Source of the DNA: an uncultured virus (IMG/VR IMGVR_UViG_3300020220_000032)
Taxonomy: Duplodnaviria > Heunggongvirae > Uroviricota > Caudoviricetes
DNA length: 20,000 nucleotides
Direction: 5' to 3' (one strand)
IMG/VR virus record: IMGVR_UViG_3300020220_000032
Location: 57,593 to 77,592 of that record
In this document: positions 1-9,091 of the stretch, piece by piece
Layout of the letters: the number at the start of each line of letters is the position of its first letter
How positions within the stretch are numbered: the stretch's first letter is position 1
Made by a program: the position numbers and the translations under genes
The notes under the pieces: generated by a model
The model's input: only the letters and a program-made list of their open reading frames with translations
What the model was told of the DNA's origin: nothing
Database searches by the model: none

Positions 1-568
1 TATCTATTGCACCTTTGCCACTTGACGGCCATCCAAAACGGCATGACCAATATCTTGCCTTATGTCTTGGTCCGGGAGATTGACAATTGTGACGAGCACG
101 AAATGATTTTCTACGAGCTGCATTACTTTTTTTAATACGCATGGTTTTCTTACCACCTTCGCCCTTGTGACCAAAGTTTACTTTTACGATATTACCATTT
201 GGTTTTTTTACATACACGGAAAATTTTTTTGGACCACCCGGTGTTCTGAATGGTTTACCTAATGATACTTTTCTACCACGATATTCTGCTTCATTCATCA
301 TATTAGGTTCACTTTCTTGTAAACGAAAATGTAATTCGGTGATTTTACCACAAGCATTTGTAGCATATCCTTCAAGTTGATAGCCAGGATTTACAATAGT
401 TTCTTTTACATTACGAAATCCACCACCTGCAGCTTTGTATGCTTTAACAAGAGCACCTGAAGCATATGCACTTGGCCATACTTTATATTTACTTTTAATT
501 CTCGATTTTATTCTCGAATAAAGTTTCTTATTAGTTGGAACTGCTCTTTCAATTATTACCGCTTTCAT
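1..568 (-). CDS. Basic two-domain phage hypothetical protein, 3' end runs off the window (absent from the ORF track)
   Basis: Manual translation from ATG at 568, which overlaps the upstream TGA as ATGA and has GGAG upstream: MKAVIIERAVPTNKKLYSRIKSRIKSKYKVWPSAYASGALVKAYKAAGGGF...EAEYRGRKVSLGKPFRTPGGPKKFSVYVKKPNGNIVKVNFG...ARRKSFRARHNCQSPGPRHKARYWSCRFGW. No stop before position 1. Confidence 0.85.
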   Translation of the reverse strand, partial: MKAVIIERAVPTNKKLYSRIKSRIKSKYKVWPSAYASGALVKAYKAAGGGFRNVKETIVNPGYQLEGYATNACGKITELHFRLQESEPNMMNEAEYRGRKVSLGKPFRTPGGPKKFSVYVKKPNGNIVKVNFGHKGEGGKKTMRIKKSNAARRKSFRARHNCQSPGPRHKARYWSCRFGWPSSGKGAID

Positions 569-885
569 AAATTTCTCCGTTTTCTTTTTGGTGGTTCATC
601 AATAATATCTTGCTCATCGTAATCTGAATAGTATTCATCACCTTCTCCATTTTCTATCTTTGTAAATTTGTTTGCAAATTGTTCTGATGCTACTGAAAAA
701 AGACTACCAACTACTATGTAAAGAAAACCATCGAATATAAATTGTTCAACTTTCTTATCATAAAAGGTTGATACTATTGCCATAAATATCATAACACCAA
801 AAGAAAAAAACATCATCACACGCTTGGATGATATTCTACCACTAAAACCACTAAAAGTTTGAGCAACTGGATTAAGTTTATTCAA
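565..885 (-). CDS. Small membrane protein with two predicted TM helices and an acidic-then-basic tail (holin-like size, function unproven)
   Basis: Hydrophobic segments VMMFFSFGVMIFMAIVSTF and FIFDGFLYIVVGSLFSVAS. TTG start preceded by AGGAG and overlapping the upstream stop. Confidence 0.7.
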   Translation of the reverse strand: MNKLNPVAQTFSGFSGRISSKRVMMFFSFGVMIFMAIVSTFYDKKVEQFIFDGFLYIVVGSLFSVASEQFANKFTKIENGEGDEYYSDYDEQDIIDEPPKRKRRNL

Positions 886-1495
886 CTCTTTCTCCTAAAT
901 CCTTTTCTAACTTTTCAATAAAGTTCTTTCTAAACTCTGCAAATTCATTTTCTATTTTTTCTAACATTTCTTCTTTGTTGAATGGAGTTTTCCATTTTTC
1001 AGTATCACCAAAATCATTTGAAAATTCCATGTTTGATAATTCGTTTGCAACTGCATCCTTGTCTTTTTCAGCTTCTGCTAACCAAGCCATTGCGTTTTCT
1101 TTCAATTTTCTTTTTTCATATTCATCCCACTTACCTTCCAATCGAATTTTGTGTTCCATTTCAACTACACAATCAAAACACATTCCATGAATGCGACGCA
1201 TTTTTTCATCTATCTTTTTTGGAAACATACATACACAATTTTCTTTTCTACAATTTGGAAAAGTATTTAAGTAATTATGTAACTCTTGTTGCCATTCTTT
1301 CCCAAGTTTTACTTTATACCCATTCTTTTGTTCCCACTCATTTCCATCTTCATCGAACCACTTGTCACCAATTTTGCGGGATATTTTATCTTCTGAATTA
1401 TCTCCAATATAACCTACCGCAATTTTGTTTTGACTTTCGTGTTCTCCCGCAAGAAGTTTTTTTACATCATTCAAATTATCAATTTTAATGTCCAT
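878..1495 (-). CDS. Hypothetical protein with a Cys cluster (possible Zn-binding) and helical/coiled-coil C-terminus
   Basis: Start moved to ATG 1495 (MDIKIDN), which is preceded by AAAAGGTTATGTT and avoids overlap with the upstream gene. Contains CRKENCVC...HGMCFDC and an E/K-rich C-terminal half. Confidence 0.7.
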   Translation of the reverse strand: MDIKIDNLNDVKKLLAGEHESQNKIAVGYIGDNSEDKISRKIGDKWFDEDGNEWEQKNGYKVKLGKEWQQELHNYLNTFPNCRKENCVCMFPKKIDEKMRRIHGMCFDCVVEMEHKIRLEGKWDEYEKRKLKENAMAWLAEAEKDKDAVANELSNMEFSNDFGDTEKWKTPFNKEEMLEKIENEFAEFRKNFIEKLEKDLGERVE

Positions 1496-1506
1496 AACAT
1501 AACCTT

Positions 1507-2250
1507 TTACTTTATTATTTCGTTGTAAACTTTGTTCCAAAATTTTCTTGTTATCATGTGGATTGGTCTTAAACCATTTTTATCGGATTTTACTTCTTTC
1601 ATTTTTCCACGTTTTGTATTGAACTTGGAAACAACCATATTGAATATCTCAACATCAAACCAACCAAATATAGAAATAAAACGAGACTTTAATTCAGCTA
1701 ATTTAGCACTTCTATCAGCCAAAGCAGAAAAAATACTTTTTTGTGTCATCTCGCCAAAACTTGGAATATTGTAACGAACATGATTAACAATCATATAATA
1801 TACATACGGATTTTGAATATCTTTGTATGCCAATTGACTACTACCATTCCAACACATCAATCTTTTGTAATCCTTCAACTTTGATACATCGTCTTTATCA
1901 ACCGCATAAATTACAATGGTGCTATCGTTATCAAATTGTTCGATAACATCTGTTGCATGAAATGGTGTATTTGATTTCATAATCCGCTTAACATTATGAC
2001 GACGCATAATTGCAGACTTTTCATCAAATGTTAGTGGTTTTTCTATTGGATCAGTGGTATCGTCTGTAACAATATAAACATTTTCTTTATCAAACTTACG
2101 GCAAATTCTATCATATTCTTCTCTATGATATATTGCCATCGGTTGAAATTTACCAGGATAAATTACAAGAACATCCTTATCTACCAAATCATTTTCATTG
2201 AATATGGCAAGGTTCATTTCCTTAATCAATTTTGTAATTTTGTTATTCAT
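1507..2250 (-). CDS. Cytidylyltransferase-like (HIGH/HxGH nucleotidyltransferase fold) protein with a degenerate motif
   Basis: VLVIYPGKFQPMAIYH matches the N-terminal signature YPGRFQPxHxGH, and PLTFDEK resembles the NadM-like P(F/L)SxxER segment. The first His and the Gly of HxGH are absent. Confidence 0.6.
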   Translation of the reverse strand: MNNKITKLIKEMNLAIFNENDLVDKDVLVIYPGKFQPMAIYHREEYDRICRKFDKENVYIVTDDTTDPIEKPLTFDEKSAIMRRHNVKRIMKSNTPFHATDVIEQFDNDSTIVIYAVDKDDVSKLKDYKRLMCWNGSSQLAYKDIQNPYVYYMIVNHVRYNIPSFGEMTQKSIFSALADRSAKLAELKSRFISIFGWFDVEIFNMVVSKFNTKRGKMKEVKSDKNGLRPIHMITRKFWNKVYNEIIK

Positions 2251-2704
2251 TTTCTGTTCCAGGTTTTACAGGCCAAGATATATTGAAAACATCAACTTGT
2301 AAAGTTATATCTCGTAGTAACTGACGATATAATTTCCATTCTTCTTTTTGTTCGTCTGTAAAAGGACTGTCAAGAACTTGTGTCCAATCACTTTCCATCA
2401 ATTGTATATTCCTACGAGCACGAACATTACCCCATTGGTTATCTATTTCGTTTTGTATATCTTGTTCTGATTTTTTTCTTACAGTTTGATATTCAACAAC
2501 TTCGTTTTCTTCAACAGAAAAATAAGAACCATCAATAATATCATCCACATCTTTTTGAGCTTCAACAAAACGATACGGATACCAACCATAAGTTTTCAGA
2601 GTTTCAACATCAAACAAATGAAAGTTTGAAACATTTGCCCAAATAATAGGTAATGGTCTATTACTTTCTTTAACTATACCATTTTCTACAAATGCATATC
2701 TCAT
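2243..2704 (-). CDS. Phage tail fibre assembly chaperone (Tfa / tail assembly chaperone-like)
   Basis: C-terminal signature WGNVRARRNIQLMESDWTQVLDSP...WKLYRQLLRDITLQ...ISWPVKP. Confidence 0.85.
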   Translation of the reverse strand: MRYAFVENGIVKESNRPLPIIWANVSNFHLFDVETLKTYGWYPYRFVEAQKDVDDIIDGSYFSVEENEVVEYQTVRKKSEQDIQNEIDNQWGNVRARRNIQLMESDWTQVLDSPFTDEQKEEWKLYRQLLRDITLQVDVFNISWPVKPGTENE

Positions 2705-2737
2705 TGGAAATTCCTTTGTTCATTAAATATCATATCA

Positions 2738-2745
2738 ATAAATAT
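2738..2745 (-). promoter_or_regulatory. Putative phage late-promoter motif ATATTTAT
   Basis: Lies 34 nt upstream of the chaperone start in a short intergenic gap. The same motif is at a similar distance before three other structural genes. Confidence 0.5.
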
Positions 2746-2747
2746 GA

Positions 2748-3533
2748 TTACTGAATTAAATTCCACAATTTCTTCCAATCAATATAAGGATCTAATTGTC
2801 TTTCATAACCCATATGAAGAGCAAGTGACGGTATTGGTGTAAATAACTTCACTTCCCAACGCCAAATATGATTGATAGTAGTTCCTTCTTGTATTTCATT
2901 TGCCTCACCCCACTCTGTCATGTATTCAGTTGCACAAGTATAAAATCTACTCCAGAACTTACGGACTATTTCAGGATTACACATAAAAGTAAATGTTGAA
3001 TACTTGTTTGTTCTCCAATGTCTATCTCTACCGAGAACAACGCGAGTTTCATCAATAAACTTTGGTAAGTAATTATCTGGATCATCGTATGGGTGAATGG
3101 CAACTTCTGTTCCTAAATTCGTTTTGAAACGAATGTAAGCGTCCACCATATCAAGTATTGCATTCGGATAATGTAGGTAATCATCTTCCACAAAATAAAC
3201 TAAATCGGCAGTAGATGAACGACCTCTATCAAATTGTGCATGTCCAGATGCATTCCATCCACGCAATTCTAATGGGTTAAACTCATATGTGTGTTTAGAT
3301 GTTTTGAAAATGTCATGTAACCCATCGATCAATTTTTGTGATGAATGGTCATCAAACCAAACAAAGTGAATCTTTCCATCATATTGTTCTGCAGACTGAA
3401 TCAATGACTTAATACACTTAATAACCAATGTAGTTTTATCAACACCACAATATCTTGGTGTTGGATTAGCATGAATATCTATGAAACTATGTGTCCGTAG
3501 AACAATATCTATGCTCAATCTATTGGAATCCAT
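2748..3533 (-). CDS. GT-A fold (GT2-like) glycosyltransferase
   Basis: FVWFDDHSS and LVYFVEDDYLH (DxD-like) motifs. TAATG overlap couples it to the upstream glycosyltransferase. Confidence 0.7.
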   Translation of the reverse strand: MDSNRLSIDIVLRTHSFIDIHANPTPRYCGVDKTTLVIKCIKSLIQSAEQYDGKIHFVWFDDHSSQKLIDGLHDIFKTSKHTYEFNPLELRGWNASGHAQFDRGRSSTADLVYFVEDDYLHYPNAILDMVDAYIRFKTNLGTEVAIHPYDDPDNYLPKFIDETRVVLGRDRHWRTNKYSTFTFMCNPEIVRKFWSRFYTCATEYMTEWGEANEIQEGTTINHIWRWEVKLFTPIPSLALHMGYERQLDPYIDWKKLWNLIQ

Positions 3534-4537
3534 TATTTTGCATATCCTTCTGCTAATTTTGTAAGTTCTTCACGTATTTTTTGGAAAGGAGCTTCCCATT
3601 CACCATATTTTTCTTGTCTGAACAGTCTAACAGTATCATACCAACGAGAAGTATTACCTGGAACAACCCACGAATAGTAAGGCATGATTGGCGTAACAAT
3701 CCATGTGGGTTTACCCATAGCACCTGCAAGATGTGCAATTGACGTGCATGATGTAATGATAACATCGCAACCTGCAATAATGTTAGCAGTTTCATCCCAA
3801 GACTTCATTTGTTCACGCATATCACCAAATGGAAGACCATCAACTAGATTTTCGTCACGCTGAAGTGAATAGAGTGTTGTATTTGGAATATCATGTAGGT
3901 TTATCATCAATTCTGGTGGAAATCTTCGGTGTTGTTCATCTTCAAATTCAGGAGAACCACTCCAACGAATACCAACTTTAAGATGATTTGGTTTTGAAAA
4001 CAATTTTCTTGGTTCAGTTGGAAAAATAAACGGTGAACCGTCTAAATCTTCGTATTCCATACCCAAAACATAAGCGGCAGACATAGCCGGAACCCAATAA
4101 TCATAGTGTGCACACATAATTACTTCATTGTCTACACAAATAAAACCGTGACGAGAGAATAATGCCTTTAATTCTGGTGCACAAGACACCAAAACTCTTG
4201 CACCCATCTCCTCAAATCTCTTAGCAAAACGAAAATTAAGAATTTGGTCTCCATAACCACCTTCACAACGGAAAAGAAGTGTTTTGCCCTCAAGCGGTTC
4301 ATCTTTCCATATGTTTCCTGGCAATGCAGGAAGACCAAAGACATCAATGAAACGACCATAATTGAAATGTTCAAATGCTTTTTGCATATTACCCTTACGC
4401 ATTTCGTGCCATCCTAAATTAAAAAGAACACGATAGTCATTTTGAGGTTGGTCTCTCAATATCTCCTCACTTCTTTCGGGTGCACCGTTAATGGCATAGG
4501 AAAGTGCTTCATCAAGTGGATGAATTTTTTGTTCCAT
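3533..4537 (-). CDS. TPR + GT9-like (GT-B) glycosyltransferase, FlmG/FlbA-like architecture
   Basis: Short N-terminal TPR-like helices (RVLFNLGWHEMRKGNMQKAFEHF), then W-x3-PLEGKTLLFRCEGGYGDQI, VGIRWSGSP, YSLQ, CDVIITSCTSIAHLAGAMGKPTW and WYDTVRLFRQ. Confidence 0.8.
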   Translation of the reverse strand: MEQKIHPLDEALSYAINGAPERSEEILRDQPQNDYRVLFNLGWHEMRKGNMQKAFEHFNYGRFIDVFGLPALPGNIWKDEPLEGKTLLFRCEGGYGDQILNFRFAKRFEEMGARVLVSCAPELKALFSRHGFICVDNEVIMCAHYDYWVPAMSAAYVLGMEYEDLDGSPFIFPTEPRKLFSKPNHLKVGIRWSGSPEFEDEQHRRFPPELMINLHDIPNTTLYSLQRDENLVDGLPFGDMREQMKSWDETANIIAGCDVIITSCTSIAHLAGAMGKPTWIVTPIMPYYSWVVPGNTSRWYDTVRLFRQEKYGEWEAPFQKIREELTKLAEGYAK

Positions 4538-4570
4538 AACATATAACCTTTTTATTCTTCAAAAGTATAA

Positions 4571-4602
4571 CAAATATACGAATAATTTACAATATAAACA
4601 AA
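4571..4602 (-). promoter_or_regulatory. Bacteroidota-type primary sigma promoter (-33 TTTG / -7 TAnnTTTG)
   Basis: Minus strand reads TTTG-TTTATATTGTAAATTATTCG (20 nt)-TATATTTG in the gap upstream of the TPR-GT gene. Confidence 0.7.
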
Positions 4603-4614
4603 CTTTATTTTTAA

Positions 4615-6792
4615 TTAGTATCTTTTTATACCAACAAAATGAAATCCCTTAGCACTAAAATCAACCCAAGTTGTTTCATTACCAATTTGAACTGGCGATG
4701 ACCTCGCAATAACTGTTCCGTCACCTAAATTACCGGATGTGTTTGATCCCCATAACCAAAGTGTTCCATCTGTTTTTTGTGCAATGAATTGTCCACCTGT
4801 ACTTATTGCTGCCTCTACCCTTTGCCAATTTGTATCGATACCAAGTTGAACTGGAGAACTACGATTTATTGCCCTATTAGTTTCAAATCCAGGTTCACCG
4901 GATTGATTGGCAGCTCCAGTAGTTAATATGTATCCATTATTTTGAAGTAATACTGTATGTTGTTCACCTATACTGGCAGAAACCCATGATGATAAAGTGC
5001 CAACTTGAACAGGACTACTACGATTTATAGTGTCACCTAATCCAAGCATAGCGTTTGCGTTCCTTCCCCATGCCCATAGAGTTCCATTTGTTTTTATTGC
5101 CATTGTAGAACTACCACCAACTGCACCGGATGCCCAATTTGTTTCAGTTCCTATTTGAACTGGACTACTACGGTTTGCTAAATCATTCAGTCCAAGTTGT
5201 CCTGTATTATTGAGTCCCCATGCCCAAAGAGTTCCATCTGATCTAACTGCAATCATATGAAAGGTTTGCATTAATGGGAGACCACCACCACCTTCACTAA
5301 TAAATGACCATGTTCTAGTTCCTATTTGCACTGGAGAAAGCGTAAAAGTAGTAGTTCCATCGCCATGGGCTCCGTATGAGTTTATTCCCCATGCCCATAG
5401 AGTTCCATCCGTCTTTAATGCAAATGCCTCTGCGAATAGTGATGAAACTTGAGACCAATTACTCAAAGTTCCAACTTGAACTGGACTGGATCTATTGTTG
5501 CTTGTACCATCACCGGTAGCAAAGTACCCCCAACCCCAAAGTGTACCGTTTGTTTTAACAGCATGAGAATGTAAATATCCAGAAGAAACTTGTGACCAAT
5601 TACTCAAAGTTCCAACTTGAACTGGACTAGATCTCCATATATCATCGTTTTGTCCTAAAGAACCAAAAATATTCGCGCCCCATGACCATAACGTATTATC
5701 ATTACGGACTGCTAATGTATGTAGATGATCTCCCCTTGATACATTATTCCAAATTCTAGTTCCAATTTGTGTTGGACTACTACGTGAAATGCCATCATTA
5801 TGACCAAGTACACCACCTGAGTTTGATCCCCAGGACCAAAGAGTTCCGTCATATGCTATCGCAAGTGAAGCTTCATCTCCGGTAGTAATACTTGTAAAAG
5901 TAGTATAAGTATCTACATAATTAGGTCTACTGCGGTCTCTAAGCAATCCCAATTGACCATTATCATTATTACCCCATGTCCAAAGAGTTCCATCGCCCCT
6001 AACTGCCATAGTCATAGAAAGACCCGCCGCAACATCTGTCCATGTTCTAGTTCCAACTTGAACGGGCGATGATTTACTTACTACGGTTACATCGCCCAAT
6101 TGTCCAGTTCCATTATTACCCCATGTCCAAAGAGTGGCATCGGAACGAATAGCGGCTGAATGAATTGCACCGGCGGAAACGGTTGTCCATGTTCGTGTTC
6201 CAATTTGAACGGGCGATGATTTACTCGTCTGGATTCCATCGCCCAATTGACCAAAAACATTAAAACCCCAACCCCAAAGCGTTCCATCTGTTTTTATAGC
6301 CATTGTATGTGAACGACCTGCAGAAACATCTTTCCAATTAGTTAGAGTTCCAATTTGAACTGGGCTACTTCTATTTGTTGTATTACTTAATCCAAGTTGC
6401 CCTGCACCATTTGAACCCCAACTCCACATTGTTCCATCATTTCTAACGGCAAGAGTATGACCATCACCTGCTGATCCAGACACCCAATTTGTATCATAAC
6501 CAATTTGAACGGGCGATGATTTAGTTCCTACGGTTCCAATACCTAATTGACCAACATTATTAGAACCCCAACTCCACATTGTTCCATCTGTTTTTATAGC
6601 CATTGTATGTGAACTACCTGCAGAAATATCTTTCCAATTGGTAAGAGTTCCAACTTGCACTGGACTTGAACGGTTTGTCAAATTATTCAGTCCAAGTTGT
6701 CCTGTATCATTGAGTCCCCATGCCCATATTTCATTTGAAAAAACGTAGGGATTGTATGATCTAGAAACATTTAATATAATATTTTTTATCAT
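4615..6792 (-). CDS. RCC1/BLIP-II-like repeat protein, 14 repeats (two 7-bladed beta-propellers); candidate fibre-tip or receptor-binding protein
   Basis: 14 copies of a ~50-aa unit GTLWxWGxNxxGQLGxxxxxxRSSPVQIGTxTxWxxVSAGxxHTxAIKTD. Directly follows a fibre gene. Confidence 0.88.
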   Translation of the reverse strand: MIKNIILNVSRSYNPYVFSNEIWAWGLNDTGQLGLNNLTNRSSPVQVGTLTNWKDISAGSSHTMAIKTDGTMWSWGSNNVGQLGIGTVGTKSSPVQIGYDTNWVSGSAGDGHTLAVRNDGTMWSWGSNGAGQLGLSNTTNRSSPVQIGTLTNWKDVSAGRSHTMAIKTDGTLWGWGFNVFGQLGDGIQTSKSSPVQIGTRTWTTVSAGAIHSAAIRSDATLWTWGNNGTGQLGDVTVVSKSSPVQVGTRTWTDVAAGLSMTMAVRGDGTLWTWGNNDNGQLGLLRDRSRPNYVDTYTTFTSITTGDEASLAIAYDGTLWSWGSNSGGVLGHNDGISRSSPTQIGTRIWNNVSRGDHLHTLAVRNDNTLWSWGANIFGSLGQNDDIWRSSPVQVGTLSNWSQVSSGYLHSHAVKTNGTLWGWGYFATGDGTSNNRSSPVQVGTLSNWSQVSSLFAEAFALKTDGTLWAWGINSYGAHGDGTTTFTLSPVQIGTRTWSFISEGGGGLPLMQTFHMIAVRSDGTLWAWGLNNTGQLGLNDLANRSSPVQIGTETNWASGAVGGSSTMAIKTNGTLWAWGRNANAMLGLGDTINRSSPVQVGTLSSWVSASIGEQHTVLLQNNGYILTTGAANQSGEPGFETNRAINRSSPVQLGIDTNWQRVEAAISTGGQFIAQKTDGTLWLWGSNTSGNLGDGTVIARSSPVQIGNETTWVDFSAKGFHFVGIKRY

Positions 6793-6801
6793 AACTTAAC
6801 C

Positions 6802-7905
6802 TTACACGTTTTGTGCACCGATAAAACCATACCAATTAGTTCCTTGATTTGTAGTAATAAAACCGTAAATATCTTTTTTACCGTTTGTGCTTGTTATCGC
6901 AGGAGCAGAACCGCCAGACCAAGTTACCGCAGAACCCCATTGCCAAGTATAAGGTATTCCAGTTCCAGTTGTAACGAGTGTAAAACTTCCTGCATAATCT
7001 GTTGGTGGTGGATTTGAAATTGTAAATGTATTTACATTATTATTCCAACTAACTTCAAATACATTTGCAGTGCTTAAATCTAATGTTAGACTTGTTGGTG
7101 TTCCACCAATTAAAACAGTTACTTCTCGTTCTTCAACATCGGTTAAACGAGCGGTAGCAGAAATATATGCACTACCAGTAACGTTAAATATCGTTCCGTC
7201 AAAATTTAGATTACTTTCAGCTACCGCTGCATTTGTAGTTCCATCGGATGTAAGTATTCTATTATCTGCAGGATTTGATACCGTATTGAATCCTGTTCCT
7301 GAGGTTCCTGATGAACCTGAAGCACCAGCAGCACCAGATGTTCCTGATGAACCAGAAGTTCCTGATGAACCTGAAGCACCAGTGGCACCAGATGTTCCTG
7401 ATGAACCAGAAGTTCCTGATGAACCTGAAGCACCAGCTGCACCAGTTGCACCAGTAGCACCAGAAGTTCCTGATGAACCTGAAGCACCAGTGGCACCAGT
7501 GGCACCAGCAGCACCAGAAGTTCCTGATGAACCTGAAGCACCAGTTGCACCAGTTGCACCAGTAGCACCAGAAGTTCCTGATGAACCTGAAGCACCAGTG
7601 GCACCAGTGGCACCAGCATGACCAGCAGCACCAGAAGTTCCGCTTGTTCCACGTGTTCCCGATGAACCAGATGAACCTGAAGCACCAGGAGGACCAATGG
7701 GACCAGGTGCACCAGATGTTCCTGATGTTCCACTTGTTCCAGATGGTGCTGCGATATAACTTGTTCCGTTTATTATTAAATTACCAATTATATCTATGGA
7801 ACCTGTTACACCAAGCGAACCAGATATTATAGATCCATTTGATGCCGTTACTGATGATAGGTGTGCCTGACTTCCACTTACTATTATTTTCTTCCAATTA
7901 GACAA
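6802..7905 (-). CDS. Collagen-like tail fibre protein
   Basis: TTG start with GGAG upstream. About 49 uninterrupted Gly-X-Y triplets ([15 protein letters not shown]), then an [17 protein letters not shown] segment and a C-terminal beta domain (LDLSTANVF...[12 protein letters not shown]...DIYGF) typical of phage fibres. Confidence 0.8.
   Translation of the reverse strand: MSNWKKIIVSGSQAHLSSVTASNGSIISGSLGVTGSIDIIGNLIINGTSYIAAPSGTSGTSGTSGAPGPIGPPGASGSSGSSGTRGTSGTSGAAGHAGATGATGASGSSGTSGATGATGATGASGSSGTSGAAGATGATGASGSSGTSGATGATGAAGASGSSGTSGSSGTSGATGASGSSGTSGSSGTSGAAGASGSSGTSGTGFNTVSNPADNRILTSDGTTNAAVAESNLNFDGTIFNVTGSAYISATARLTDVEEREVTVLIGGTPTSLTLDLSTANVFEVSWNNNVNTFTISNPPPTDYAGSFTLVTTGTGIPYTWQWGSAVTWSGGSAPAITSTNGKKDIYGFITTNQGTNWYGFIGAQNV
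7297..7740 (-). repeat. 9-bp-period Gly-X-Y coding repeat tract
   Basis: Repeated plus-strand units gcaccagaagttcctgatgaacctgaagcacca and gcaccagtg. Confidence 0.9.
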
Positions 7906-7937
7906 TCGGTAACTCCACGATTTATATGAATACTTCT

Positions 7938-7945
7938 ATAAATAT
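7938..7945 (-). promoter_or_regulatory. Putative phage late-promoter motif ATATTTAT
   Basis: 33 nt upstream of the fibre TTG at 7905, in the gap after the glycan cassette. Confidence 0.55.
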
Positions 7946-7951
7946 GTGATT

Positions 7952-9091
7952 TTATGATTTCAATAACTTTTCTATATGTGGTTTTACCATATCAAATGTT
8001 ATTGTTTTTGTACATTCAAATTGTCTTTCAGTTCCTTTGTGTTCAGGACACCAATTCCAATCTCCTGGATCTAATTTGTGAGTATTAAAACACCCATTAC
8101 AAACATTTGAATTAAATATTCTATAAACATTATCACCACTAAATTCAGAATACGGTTTACTAAAACCTGATATTAAAATTGTAGGAATGCCCAATGTCCA
8201 TGCTAACCAACTTAATCCAGATCCAATTCCAACAAAAAATTTACAGGATAATAATTCTTTTATCAGATTTTCTATAGATCCCTCTGGCAATTTTATTGCG
8301 CCATTTGGATGATAGTTTCCCATATAACCATCATTTTCTTTTGAAACTATTATGGTTTGATGATTATTTTCTGTTAAATAGTCCGTTAATTCTTGCCATC
8401 CAGTTGGATTATTCCAATACTTTGTTTGAGCAGTTCCATGTATACCTATTGCAACTTTATTTGATTTTTCAACAGAAGGTATATCTAATTTTGCACGAAT
8501 TTGTTTGAAATCTAAACCAAGTTGTGCACATGCAGTATATTGTAAATTTTGATGTCTATAATCTATTGGTGTAAAATCATAATTTGCTTTATCACCATCA
8601 TAATACCATCCAATTCTATACATGGCGTATAAATTATGAACAACTAATCCAGGTTGAACAAATTGGATGTTTGGGTAATTTTTTTCAAAAAGTTTATTCC
8701 AAAATGTAGAGCAAATCACTTCACAGTCCCATTTTTTTCTAAACTCCTCTACATATGGAAACCATGCCAAAGTATCACCCAACGCCTTTGAATCAAGCGA
8801 TATAAATACTCTTTTATTTTTTGCATCATATTTTTTATTAAAAATAATTTTATTTTCTTCATCATAAACTTTACAAGTATACTCTTCAAAATACTTTTTG
8901 CTTGTTTTTGCCCAAGAATTTGAAGATAATACCGTAGAGTAATCACAGTTATTATTTTTGTTCCAAAATTCAACTCTAAAATTTTTTTCAATCGGTGATT
9001 TTATTTCTACATATCCACCATCAACAAAATGATGTATAATTTGAATTTCATTTCTTATTATATTTTTGTTAAACTTAATATCGTCATACAT
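7952..9091 (-). CDS. Aah/TibC-family (autotransporter strand-loop-strand) protein O-heptosyltransferase homologue
   Basis: ALGDTLAWFPY (catalytic Asp motif), TAQTKYWNNPTGW, FFVGIGSGLSWLAW..G.P.ILISGFSKPYSEF, and the C-terminal iron-finger pattern VCNGCFN...WCPEHKGTERQFECTKTIT. Start moved to ATG 9091, which has GAGGT upstream and overlaps the previous stop. Confidence 0.85.
   Translation of the reverse strand: MYDDIKFNKNIIRNEIQIIHHFVDGGYVEIKSPIEKNFRVEFWNKNNNCDYSTVLSSNSWAKTSKKYFEEYTCKVYDEENKIIFNKKYDAKNKRVFISLDSKALGDTLAWFPYVEEFRKKWDCEVICSTFWNKLFEKNYPNIQFVQPGLVVHNLYAMYRIGWYYDGDKANYDFTPIDYRHQNLQYTACAQLGLDFKQIRAKLDIPSVEKSNKVAIGIHGTAQTKYWNNPTGWQELTDYLTENNHQTIIVSKENDGYMGNYHPNGAIKLPEGSIENLIKELLSCKFFVGIGSGLSWLAWTLGIPTILISGFSKPYSEFSGDNVYRIFNSNVCNGCFNTHKLDPGDWNWCPEHKGTERQFECTKTITFDMVKPHIEKLLKS

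Noticed and set aside
4615..6792. Diversity-generating retroelement template/variable repeat pair in the RCC1 gene
   Set aside because: The similar segments are short, in-frame blade repeats with no long adenine-specific mismatch pair, and no reverse transcriptase is in the window.
7070..7832. Overlapping ORFs 7070-7621 (+), 7221-7733 (-) and 7581-7832 (+)
   Set aside because: Same shadow effect from the collagen-like tract.
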